The position numbers were made by a program, and so were the translations under genes. Below the pieces are notes generated by a model. That model saw only the letters and a program-made list of their open reading frames with translations. It did not search any database and was not told the origin of the DNA. A stretch of 45,300 bases of DNA, from assembly GCF_001194135.2 (NCBI RefSeq), contig NC_069000.1:35375388-35420687 (forward strand), in the 5' to 3' direction. Shown here piece after piece: positions 1 through 10,996 of this stretch. Origin of the DNA: Octopus bimaculoides. Taxonomy: Eukaryota. The stretch's first letter is position 1; each line of letters opens with the position of its first letter.

Positions 1-985
1 TTCTTTTAAACCTTTGTCAGATGGCTGGGTTGATGTATCATCTCACTATTTTTGTACTAAAGAGATGATTGAGTTGATTTCTTCAAGAATATATATTCTG
101 CATTTACTGTTATAATCTGCTCTTGAATCTAATGCCCCACCCACCATTCCTTCTGCACACACACAGACACACACTTCATAGCTAAAAATAAGACTTTGCA
201 TGCAAGATTTTTGCCCAAACCATGTATTTTGGCACTTAGGTAACCCAGGATTTCCTTACAATCAACTGAAACATGTGCCTTGCACAAGTGACTTCAATGC
301 CACCGACACAGGAGTTGATTGCTCTTCCTGTGTTGGGCTGCACCTCAATTCCTGGCTGTGTAACGATGCAAAATTCCATGGCTTCACAAGACACATGGAT
401 GTCAAAGAAATATAAAAGAAGGTTGTTGGATCCCACATCATTCTGTCTTCTTCTCTTAAATCTTTACATCAAGTCAAAATTCTTCAGTGATGCCCAAACA
501 GTCTGGTGAGACATTCTTTGAAAGAAGATGGCCGGACAATTCTACTTAGACTCCTCTATGCTTCCAACTTTGAGTTGATGCCTTCAAGAGGTTCCTAGCA
601 CAGACCTTTCAGTGTTTTGTTCTTATTATCATCTTCCACAAAAGGATAACAGAGGGTCAAGAATGGTAGCAAGCTGGACTAAGATGGCTTATGCTGTGTG
701 TTTTGAGTTCAAACTCTGCTATTCCTGGATTGATAAACTAAGAAGCAGTATGGCACCAAGGGCTGATTCCATCAACTGCACCCATCTCTTTAAAATATTT
801 CTGACCTTCCAGCAATATATGAAAAAATCCTTATTGTCCACTCCAGCCTCTCCCACCACCATTGTCTAATACTCTTATAACACCCTCTTCCCTACACCCT
901 GCTACTTTAACTTCTTTTCTTTACCATTCCAGTAAATTTCATTTTTTTGTTTGTGAATGACTTTTTTTCTTTGACACCTTTGCAG

Positions 986-1168
986 AGTCTAGACGTGAAG
1001 TCGATGGGGCGTATCTTCATTGGCCTTGTTAAATGTGGTGCCTGGGGCTGTTTTGATGAATTCAATCGACTGGAACCGCCAGTGCTGTCAGCTGTCTCCA
1101 TGCAAATCCAAGTCATCCAAGATGCTATCAAAAGCAAATCAAAACACATGGAATTACTCCGTAAAAAT
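986..1168 (+). CDS. DYNC2H1: Dynein-2 heavy chain exon 1 of window (AAA1 Walker B: [61 protein letters not shown])
   Basis: Acceptor tttgcag|, donor |gtaaga, phase 0/0. [10 protein letters not shown] is the dynein AAA1 Walker B motif; [17 protein letters not shown] is typical of dynein-2. Confidence 0.95.
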
Positions 1169-1202
1169 GTAAGAAGAATTTCATGCAGCCACATTAATGT
1201 GA

Positions 1203-1219
1203 TCATCATCACCATCATC

Positions 1220-1251
<32 letters not shown>

Positions 1252-1462
1252 CATCATCATCATTATTATCACCATCATCATCATCATCATTATTATTTTC
1301 ATCTTTATTATTTTCATAAATATCATTATCTTCATATCATTAACATCATCATCATTATCACAGTTATCATTTTCATTAACATCATTATCTTCACATCACT
1401 ATTAGTGTCATGACCATCAGCAACAGCAGCAGCAGCATTACCACCACCATCAACATTATCAA

Positions 1463-1493
<31 letters not shown>

Positions 1494-1500
1494 GTCGTCG
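1203..1500. repeat. (ATC)n / (ATT)n compound microsatellite
   Basis: Directly visible; explains the poly-I/poly-M ORFs. Confidence 0.95.
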
Positions 1501-1690
1501 TCAAATTTTGTGTTAGAAGCAGCTTGGTATTATAAATATTATCAACATCACATACTGAATGTATGTGTGTTATTAAACATTTGTAGCTGTGGTATTTTGT
1601 CTAAGGGATCCCTTTAAAGACATATAGTGTTAAAAAACACAGTATAATCCAAAGCTAGGTGAAACAAAATCACCTTGGAATTGAACTTGA

Positions 1691-1738
1691 ATGACAGATA
1701 TTGATATTTCACAGATTTTACTGTTTCATCAGTGTTAT
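1691..1738 (-). ncRNA. Putative minimal type I hammerhead ribozyme, copy 1
   Basis: Minus strand: AUAACA-CUGAUGA-A-ACAG UAAAAU CUGU-GAA-AUAU CA AUAU-C/UGUCAU. Both core boxes are intact, stems I-III can form, AUC cleavage triplet; one extra A before stem II. Confidence 0.65.
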
Positions 1739-2016
1739 CTACTTACCCCACTTCTGAGACAAATCCGCAGTAGCTAGCTAGAAATATATATACAAATATC
1801 ATAAAATCTTTTGCCGATGTGCAAAAGCACAGCACAAGTAGAACAAAATTCAAAGTTTGTGTTAGAAATATCTCAATAATGTAAGCATTATCGATATCAC
1901 ATATTTAATGTATGTGTGTTGTCAAATACTACAAAACTGCAGTTTTCTGTCTAAAGATATGTAGTGGTTAAAAACAAAAACACAGCATACTTCAAAGCTA
2001 GGTGAAATGTAAATGA

Positions 2017-2063
2017 GTGACAGATACTGACATTTTGTAGTTATTTCTGCTCATCAGTGTCAC
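2017..2063 (-). ncRNA. Putative type I hammerhead ribozyme, copy 2 (degenerate, GAAA changed to AAAA)
   Basis: Minus strand: GUGACA-CUGAUGA-GCAG AAAUAA CUAC-AAA-AUGU CA GUAU-C/UGUCAC; perfect 6-bp stem I. Confidence 0.55.
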
Positions 2064-2624
2064 ATACCTCTACACTTCTGAAGTAAACCATGACAATTAG
2101 CTGAAAGTATATATAAAAATAGCATAAAATCTATTTCCTGATGTGCAAAAGCACAGCACAAGTAGATCAAAATTCAAAGTTTGTGTTAGAAATATCTCGA
2201 TAATGTAAGCATTATCAATATTGCATATTTAATGTATGTGTGTTGTCAAATACTACAAAGCTGCAGTATTCTGTCTGAAGACATGTAGTGGTGAAAAGAA
2301 AACACAGTATACTTCAAAGCTAGGTAAAATGTAAATGAGAGTGTGTGTAAAGGCACATGGCTTAGTGGTTAGAGTATTTGGCTCATTGTCATATGGTTGT
2401 GAGTTCAATTCTTGGCAGTACATTGCATCCTTGAGTAAGACACTATATTTCACATTGCTCGGCTCCACTCAGCTGGCAAAAATGAGTAGTACCTATATTT
2501 CAAAGGACCAGCCTTGTCATGCTATGTGTCATACTGAATCTCCCAGAGAACTACATTAAGGGTATGTGTGTTTGTGGAGTGCTCATATATATATATATAT
2601 ATGAGACAGGTGTACGTACGCCGC

Positions 2625-2657
<33 letters not shown>

Positions 2658-3605
2658 TACAGAATGGGACAAGAACACAAAACATCCAGATAGACGATAC
2701 AAAGAAAACAAGGACAGGTCATTCAGAGTTTTCTTTCTTCAGTCGAGATCCAGATTATCTTTGCAATTTCAGCTGGTTATTCTCAATATTGCTCCAATCT
2801 GGACAGCCCCAAGGAAAAACTAAGCTAAGAGCATTAGATTCCTTGGGAGAAAGCAGCAAATAACATGACAGGCTTCTTTCAGTTTCTGTCTTCCAAATCC
2901 ACTCACAAGGCTTTGGTTAGCCTGAGGCTATAGTAGAAGACACTTGCCTAAAGTACCACACAATGGGACTGAACCTAGAACCATGTGGTTGGAAAGCAAG
3001 CTTCTTACTACACAGCCATGACTTAGATACATTATATGAGGTGTTCAGCTCCTGCCTCTGTGACATTAATGGCTTCTGATACTCTCTCCTCTCCTTCTCC
3101 CCCCTTCTCTCTCCCTCATTCTTTACTTTCTCTTTCCTCTCACTGGCATTGGCATAGACATATATATACACTGTATGTGTGTAGCATTCTCTCTCCTCTA
3201 TGGCTCACTGTGTGTCCATAAATTACCTTTACACTTTGAAAAATTCATAAGAAAAGGAAAAATAAGGATAACTCAGCTGAATTTATTGGAAAGCAGAAGC
3301 AAACAGATAAAGCTTTATTAGAAACATCAGAACATTTCCACATAGGCTCCAATGGTTGCGCACTAGACAGAGACACAATAAATTATGGAAGGTGTAAAGA
3401 TAATTTATGAACATCCTGTATGTGTTACATACATCCTCAAACGTCTTTCACACGAAAACAAGCACACATACACAAACATATACACAAATACACACACACA
3501 CACACACGTACACACACACATGCAAATTTAAGTATTGTTTAAATTCTGGAATATTCCATTCATTTGCTATTTGCCTGTTTTTTTTTTCTTCTCTTTGTCT
3601 TTCAG

Positions 3606-3829
3606 ATTGAAATTGACCATAACTCTGGTATCTTCATAACAATGAACCCTGCGGGTAAAGGTTATGGAGGCCGACAGAAACTACCAGACAATCTGAAGCA
3701 GCTATTTCGGCCAGTGGCCATGTCCAAGCCCGACAATGAGCAAATTGCTGAAGTCATCCTCTTTTCGGATGGTTTCAAAGAGGCCAAAATGATCGGACGA
3801 AAGCTGGTCACTATCTTTAATCTTTCCAA
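3606..3829 (+). CDS. DYNC2H1: Dynein-2 heavy chain exon 2 (AAA1 sensor I and Arg finger: [39 protein letters not shown]...LVTIFNLS)
   Basis: Acceptor tctttcag|, donor aa|gtaagt (phase 2). FITMNP and [14 protein letters not shown] are dynein motifs. Confidence 0.95.
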
Positions 3830-4094
3830 GTAAGTTGTTGTTGTTATGATTAGCTCAATGTGAGTCTTGATCCAGGAAACCTGTGTTCAGCAAAGGTATT
3901 TCCATTAATATTATTATCATTAATATTATTATCATTACCGGAGTTCAAATACCACCAAGATCTATCTGCCTTTCATCTTTTTGGGGTCAATAAAATATGT
4001 ACCAGTCAAACACTGGAGTCAATGTAATCAACTTACTCCCTCCTCAGAAATTGCTAGCCTTGTGCCTATAGTAGAAAGGATTATTATTATTATT

Positions 4095-4392
4095 GCCTTT
4101 GCACAGTTTCTAATGCTGGAGATGTACTACGGTGTCAGCTGTTCACTACCAGTGAACTAAGGTAGCACCTCTTATTTTTCGTGCACCTTCCGGAGTATTT
4201 GAGCGGTTCCAAGCAGTGCTGTTTTCTGCAAGTGCTCCACCCTTATTGCAGCCCCTATTTGTTCCACGTACTTCTCCAGATTTTTGCTCACTGTTCCCAG
4301 GGCTCCGATTATTATTGGTACTACTGCTACCTTTTTCAGCACACTTGTTGTCACATTTCTCGACTTTTCTTTCTTCCTTATCGCTGAAACAT
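4095..4392 (-). mobile_element. 3' end of an R4/Dong-like non-LTR retrotransposon (RLE domain C-terminus plus 3' UTR), with an internal deletion or frameshift
   Basis: Minus-strand translation SDKEERKVEK then KKVAVVPIIIGALGTVSKNLEKYVEQIGAAIRVEHLQKTALLGTAQILRKVHEK*; 3' end abuts (AAT)n. Confidence 0.8.
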
Positions 4393-4960
4393 TCAAAATT
4401 AAACCGGAATAACTGCGTTTCTTTCCAAGTAAAACTAACATCATCAGTCTTCGGTCTTTCACAAAGGGTAGCAGAAGGAAGGAAAGAAAGAAAAAAAAAC
4501 ACATAACGAAGGAAAAGAACTGGGGGCAAAAAAAATTTTCAGTCANNNNNNNNNNNNNNNNNNNNNNNNNNNNNNNNNNNNNNNNNNNNNNNNNNNNNNN
4601 NNNNNNNNNNNNNNCCTGCCATTTTATTAATTCCTCCATGATATGTCAACAGTTCACAAATATATCTATCCTTGTAGGTTTTGAGGACTGAAATATTTTT
4701 ATTGTGCAGGTGGCACATAAAAAACACCATTTGAGCGTTGCCATTGCCAGTACTGCCGGACTGGCCCCGTGCCAGTGGCACGTAAAAAGCACCCACTACA
4801 CTCTTGGAGTGGTTGGCGTTAGGAAGGGCATCCAGCTGTAGAAACTCTGCCAGATCAGATTGGAGTCTGGTGTAGCCATCTGGTTCACCAGTCCCCAGTC
4901 AAATCGTCCAACCCATGCTAGCATGGAAAGCGGACGTTAAATGATGATTATTATTATTAT

Positions 4961-5001
<41 letters not shown>

Positions 5002-5004
5002 TTA

Positions 5005-5232
5005 AGGTGGTGAGCTGATAGAATTGTTAGCATACCTGGCAAAATGCTTAGCAGTATTTCGTCCGTCTTCACATTCTAAGTTCAAATTCCGCCAAGGTTG
5101 ACTTTGCCTTTCATCCTTTTGGGGTTGATAAATTAAGTACCAGTGAAACACTGGGGTCGATGTAATCAACTAGTCTCCTCCCCACAAAAATTGCTGCCCT
5201 TGTGCCTTTAGTAGAAAGGATTATTATTATTG
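5005..5232 (+). mobile_element. SINE family B1 (aaggyggcgagctggcagaa head, gcctttcatcctttyggggtcgataaa core, agaaagg(att)n tail)
   Basis: Further copies at about 3940-4094, 9833-10060, 12355-12545(-), 19015-19275, 22050-22250, 25745-25978, 26105-26295(-), 31425-31600, 31883-32150, 42070-42235. Confidence 0.8.
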
Positions 5233-5900
5233 TTATTCAGCTCCTCCTCCTTCTCCTCATCCATGTCAGTGACAATGGTGATAATGAGGATATAATTAGC
5301 TCTGGTCAGTCCTGATCCAAGAAACCTATTCATCAAAGGTGTTTCCAGTCATGGCGATCCCATCTATTTTACTTCAGATACAGTATAGTTAAGACAACAT
5401 TATTCAATGTCTCCCTCTTTCTTCTTCTTCTTCTTCTTCTTCTTCTTTTTCTTCTTCTCTGTCAGTGGCGATGGTGATGATGATGATGATCATTATGATC
5501 ATTATGATTATCTTCTTCTTCTACTTCTTTTTCTTCTTCTTCTTCTCCTCCCTTCTTTCTCTTCCTCTGTCAGTGATGATGATGATGATAACGACAACAA
5601 TGATGATTATTATTATGATTACCTCCAGGTCAATCCTTATCCGGGAAGAAACCTCTTCATCAAAGGTGCTTCCAGCCATGGCAATCCCATCCATTTTTCT
5701 TCATGCCCAACATAGCTAAGACAGCATTATTCAATGCCTCCTTCGTTGTTGTTGTTGTTGTTGTTGCTGTTTCTTAAGTCTAGGTCAGTCCTGAAGCGAG
5801 AAACCAATTCATCAAAGACATTCCACAACTGCCCACTCCACCTTTTATATTATTCAGAAGCAGTGCACTTAGGATCTCTTTTATCCAATGTGTCATTGCT
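5232..5900 (+). repeat. Three diverged tandem units interleaved with (TTC)n, (GAT)n and (TTG)n microsatellites
   Basis: Recurrent ggtcagtcctg...aacc...tcatcaaag...ccatc...taagac.acattattcaatg. Confidence 0.7.
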
Positions 5901-6027
5901 ACTACTACTACTACTGCTGCTGCTGTTTGGCTCTCAGCAAATGTGAATAAATGAGTCATTGGTAGAAGAAAACAATAAGTCTATAGTTCCTTAACATTGC
6001 TTGTGCTCCTGGTTCAGGTACTTCCTT

Positions 6028-6030
6028 CCA

Positions 6031-6108
<78 letters not shown>

Positions 6109-6188
6109 TTCTCAAACACAACTCACTTTGGTCACACATGAATACATGCAGTATACCTCTTTCTCTCTCCCTTTTTCTTTTTTCTCTT

Positions 6189-6229
<41 letters not shown>

Positions 6230-6570
6230 CACACATGCATACACATGCACATATGTTCCTCACACACATTCTCACACAAACACACACACATATCCCCACA
6301 TACATGCATGCCTACAACACACACATGCCATCACACACACACACACACGCTTTCCCTCCACACACACATGCCCCCACCCACACTCACATGTACTCAAACA
6401 TACACACACACTTTCCCTCTACACACATGCCCACATGCACTCACACACACACAAACACACACTTTCCCTCCACACACATGCCCCCACCCACACACACATA
6501 CACACACACACACACACAGTTTCCCTCCACACACATGCCAACATCCACCCATCCACCCACACTTGCACTG
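6028..6570. repeat. (CT)n plus CA-rich microsatellite/minisatellite block
   Basis: Directly visible; explains the SLSL, HTHT and RERE ORFs. Confidence 0.95.
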
Positions 6571-7081
6571 GTTAATATTATCATTCTCTTCCATCATTTC
6601 TTCTTTTTATCCACCATTTGTTGTCTTTTCTCAAAAGCTGAATGAAGAAACAGGTGTACCTTAACATAGGTCTCTTCCTCTCACTTTCTTCAAAAAGAGC
6701 TACTGAATGCAACCAGGTCTATGGATTGCATGGAAATCAGTATCTGTAGGTCTGATGGTTACTCCACAATCACTCCATAAAGAGCATGGGGTCAGCTTCC
6801 CTGGTTTCTCTGGATGGAATGCTGGTGTGTTGCAGGATTACTCATTTTTATCGGCTGTGTGGACTGGGGCAACATGAAATAAGTGTCTTGTTCAAGAACA
6901 CACTGCATCACCTGGTTCAGGAATTGAAACCACAATCTTACAATCATGAGTCCAACACCCTAACCACTAAGCCATACACCTCCATAAATTATAAGAAGGA
7001 AGTGGATCTGATGAGTACACATCACTCCGTAAGGAGCATAGGGTCAGTTTCCTGGTTTCTCTGGTGTATATATTCCTCTCT

Positions 7082-7467
7082 GGAGGCACAATGGCCCAGT
7101 GGTTCGGGCAGCGGACTCGCGGTCATAGGATCACGGTTTCGATTCCCAGACCGGGTGTTGTGAGTGTTTATTGAGCGAAAACACCTATTGCTCCACAAGG
7201 CTCTGGCAGGAGATGGTGGCGAACCCTGCTGTACTCTTTCACCACAACTTTCTCTCACTCTTTCTTCCTATTTCTGTTGTGCCTGTAATTCAAAGGGTCA
7301 GCCTTGTCACACTGTGTCACGCTGAATATCCCCAAGAACTACGTTAAGGGTACACATGTCTGTGGAGTGCTCAACCACTTGCACGTTAATTTCACGAGCA
7401 GGCTGTTCCGTTGATTGGATCAACTAGAACCCTCGATGTCATAAGCGACGGAGTGCCAACAACAACA
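7082..7467 (+). mobile_element. tRNA-derived SINE family A, full length, with 15-bp TSD
   Basis: A-box tggcccagtgg and B-box ggtttcgattccc; TSD atattcctctctgga at 7070-7084 and 7468-7482; (CAA)n tail. Confidence 0.88.
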
Positions 7468-8076
7468 ATATTCCTCTCTGGACAAGACACTGGTCCATTG
7501 CAGGTTTACTCGTTTTTATCCAGCTGAGTGGACTGGGGCAATGTGAAATGAAGTGTTTTGCTCAAGGACACAAAGCATTGCCCCATTCAGAAATCAAAGC
7601 TACAATTTTACTATCATGAGTGCAACACTCTAACCACTAAGCCATTCACCTCCATAAGTTATAGAAAGAAAGCAGATTGCGTGGAAATTAGTATCTATGG
7701 ATCTGATAGTCAGTTATAAAAATAGGGCCCAGAATGTCCATAATTTACTAGGATTTATACTTAGGTGCTCCTGCACTGATAGTGGCAATGCATGGTGCAA
7801 AGTGCTCGAGCAGGATTGGTTGTGATTGTTGCCCTGACTGCTGCAATGATTTTGCACTTCAAACTGTTTTTGTAGCTTGAGGTTTTTCCTACAGTAGCAT
7901 GCTCAGCCAAAGCCCAACGCTGTGTATTTAGGAAAGAGATTATAAGTGGAGCTGTCCCTTTTAACTGCTAGCTAAGATCCATGAAGAAATATTGTGTGAG
8001 TTACCTTCAGTCACAGACTCCTGGTCGTAAGTCATCTTGAAACTTCTCTGCTCAGGCCATTGCCATCACTGTCGAT

Positions 8077-8461
8077 CTGTTGGCACTCCGTCGCTTACAA
8101 TGTTGAGGGTTCCTGTTGATCCGATCAACGGAACAGCCTGCTCGTGAAATTAACGTGCAAGTGGCTGGGCACTCCACAGACACGTGTACCCTTAACGTAG
8201 TTCTTGGGATATTCAGCGTGACACAGAGTGTGACAAGGCTGACCCTTTGAATTACAGGCACAACAGAAACAGGAAGTAAGAGTGAGAGAAAGTTGTGGTG
8301 AAAGAGTACAGCAGGGTTCGCCACCATCCCCTGCCAGAGCCTCGTGGAGCTTTAAGTGTTTTCGCTCAATAAACACTCACAACACCCAGTCTGGGAATCG
8401 AAACCACGATCCTATGACCATGAGTCCGCTGCCCTAACCACTGGGCCATTGCGCCTCCACT
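8077..8461 (-). mobile_element. SINE family A, full length, with 12-bp TSD
   Basis: Reverse complement of the 7082 copy; TSD atcactgtcgat at 8065-8076 and 8462-8473. Confidence 0.88.
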
Positions 8462-8746
8462 ATCACTGTCGATAACTGGTTGTAAAACCATAAAATAATG
8501 AAGTTCACTTTAATATATTTCTACATTATTTCTTTATGATGATCATTTAATGTGGATATACTAAAGGAAAGCTACAATACTGCAGTATCTGTCTTGAAAA
8601 AGCATCTCATACAGACATGTAGTACCAAAAAACACTGAACATTTTTCACCTGCTACTGTTACTTCTGTGCTTTTTAGCACTATACATCTATATGTGGTGC
8701 CTTCTCAAGATGTATTGTGACTTACTTTTTAGTATATCCATGTTAA

Positions 8747-8965
8747 CTCTTTAGCAATTAAACCAATCATATCCGTTCAAATTATTCTACCTGTTTTATG
8801 TTGAAACTGGCTAGATCTGGTTTCTCACACCAACTCTACAATATCATTCTAAAAAATTAACAGTTACCTCATCAAATCCCAAATCTACAAGGTAATGCAA
8901 AATTAATTAAAAACATGTGAATAAATAAGCATTACTTTTGACCGAATAATGTGAATGCTAAAGGG
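8747..8965. mobile_element. piggyBac-like MITE
   Basis: TTAA at 8743-8746 and 8966-8969; TIRs c(t/c)ctttagca. A similar left end ttaa|ccctttaaatacc occurs at 35551. Confidence 0.75.
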
Positions 8966-9284
8966 TTAAATCAGATATATAGATTGCTTTTCAGTACTGA
9001 TACTGTTTCCATTGCAAATAACAAAGTATTCCTTTTGTGGGTTTTTTTTTTTTATCTTTGTAATTAATTTATATGATTCTTGATGTGAATATATGTGTTG
9101 AAACATATTTCGTTGTATCTCAGGAGGGTCGTTATGTCATTAGATACATGCACTGGTTCTATTTCACTTCTCCATATTTATAAGTCAATTGGTTAACCAT
9201 TTGACCTATTAACTGTTCAATTCTTTAATTACTACCAGAACACAAATTTGAACTCCGTTTTTTTGGGGTTTTTTTTTTTTCAAG

Positions 9285-9388
9285 ACAATTGCTAACACCA
9301 CAGCAGCACTATGACTGGGGACTGAGGGCCATGAAAACTGTTCTTAGAGGATGTGCCAGTCTTTTACAGAAAGCCAGAGATGAAGATG
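9285..9388 (+). CDS. DYNC2H1: Dynein-2 heavy chain exon 3 (K-QLLTPQQHYDWGLRAMKTVLRGCASLLQKARDED), absent from the ORF track
   Basis: Polypyrimidine tract plus caag|, donor g|gtatgt. HYDWGLRA is a dynein motif; phases 2/1 fit both neighbouring exons. Confidence 0.93.
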
Positions 9389-10649
9389 GTATGTGGATAA
9401 TCAGTTTTCTTTTCTCGAGATACTCTGAATTTATGGGATTCATTGGATTGTGCTTGTTAATTTAAAACAGTGGTATTCAACCAGGGTTCATATGGCCCGT
9501 CAAGATTCAAAGGGCCCTTCAGGGTCCATACAAGATTTTGTTATTAAAATTTATTTCTAATAAATAGTATTCCCAATATATTTCTGCAATACAGAAATTT
9601 ACATTATTTACATTTGACGGATATTTGTCCTCATCTTGTTTGTTGTTAACACAACATTTCGGCTGATATACCCTCCAGGCTTCTTCAGGTATCTTGGAGA
9701 AATTTCGAACCTGGGTTCTCACTCCTAAGGTATTTTTCAATGTTATTAATATTGGGGCCGATCTAATTGACTGCCCTCTTCCCTCAAAATTTCAAGCCTT
9801 GTGCCTATAGTAGAAAAGATTATTATTATTTGACCAGTGAGCTGGTAGAGTTGTTAGCACACCGGACGAAATGTTTCACAGCATTTTACCCATCACTACA
9901 TTCTGAGTTCAAATTCTGCCGAGGTCAACTTTGGCCTTCATCCTTTCGGGGTAGATAAATTAAGTACCAGTGAAACACTGGAGTCGATGTAATCAACTAG
10001 TCCCCTCCTACTAAATTTCAGGCCTTGTACCTTTACTAGAAAGGATTATTATTATTATTATTATTATTACTACTACTATTATGATTATTATTATTATTAT
10101 TTTCATTATCATCTTCTTTCAATTTTGTTTCCATTTCTTGCCAAGTGTCTTCCTGACACCTAGGGCAAAGAAACACACTGTATACATTGGTAGTTCATTA
10201 AAATAAACACACCAGACTGCTCATTTACAAAGTTATGTGATAGAGAAAAAGGGGAAGAACGACAGAGAAAAAGGAAAAAAAATTTTTAAATGAAAAAAAA
10301 AATAAACAAAGAAAATAGAGGGGAAAAAAATGAAAGAAAATCCACACCAACAATGCTCTTCTCAGTATGTGTGACATACCAGATAAGACAATCTTTTACA
10401 CTTCTTGCATGGATGGTAAGCCAGGGATGATTCTTAAATAATTTTCAATTATCATTATCGTTGTCGTCATTATTATTATTATTATTATTATTATTGTTAT
10501 TAGTATTATTATTGTTATTATTCAACCAATATTGATTTTCATTGATTTTTTTTTTGTATGCTATTTCTAATATGAAACTGATGCAAAACTGAATTCCAAT
10601 ACGTTTTCCTTTTTTTCTTTTTCTCTCCGGAATAATATCCTTCTTTTAG

Positions 10650-10864
10650 TAACCATCGATGAAACAGTCGAATCAATGTTAGTGGTGCAGGCACTGAGAT
10701 TTAACACTCTGTCGAAGCTCACCTTCTCTGACAGCAGTGTGTTCGACAGTCTGGTGCAAGACATATTCCCCGGGGTTAGTTTCAAGGACATTCAGTTTGA
10801 GAATGTCGCTCAGGCATTCCGCGAGGTGTGTCAAGAACAGAACCTGACCGTTGATGAAAGCCAG
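10650..10864 (+). CDS. DYNC2H1: Dynein-2 heavy chain exon 4 (V-TIDETVESMLVVQALRFNTLSKLTFSDSSVFDSLVQDIFPG...LTVDESQ)
   Basis: Acceptor ttcttttag|, donor cag|gtaagt, phases 1/0. VVQALR.NT.SK and D.FPG motifs. Confidence 0.93.
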
Positions 10865-10962
10865 GTAAGTGAGACAAACTACCTTTACTCAATGTCCCAA
10901 ATAATGTCTGAGGTTTACAGCTTCAGTGTGAAGGATACGTGTATATTTTATTTGGTGTAGTA

Positions 10963-10996
<34 letters not shown>

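Larger units (their letters stand above)
1500..2343 (-). repeat. ~322-350-bp tandem repeat, about 2.5 units, with hammerhead ribozyme motifs (retrozyme or Penelope-like)
   Basis: Recurrent landmarks: gatgtgcaaaagcacagcacaagtag (about 1816 and 2140), caaagctaggt (three times), aatgtatgtgtgtt (three times). Confidence 0.9.

Noticed and set aside
2712-2746. CTGAAGA-AAGAAAACTCT-GAAT-GACCTGTC on the minus strand
   Set aside because: GAAA is altered and stem I does not pair.
4404-4454. CTGATGA...GAAACGCAGTT on the minus strand next to the R4 fragment
   Set aside because: No convincing stem II and only partial stem I; at most a fossil.
5997-6664. Long low-complexity ORFs (SLSL, HTHT, YIYI, MCVC, poly-I/M), here and at about 907-1405, 11.8-12.3 kb and 16.4-17.7 kb
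   Set aside because: Translations of microsatellites; no splice or homology support.
7082-7155. tRNA-like heads with A and B boxes as possible tRNA genes
   Set aside because: No acceptor stem or cloverleaf; they continue into SINE bodies with TSDs.
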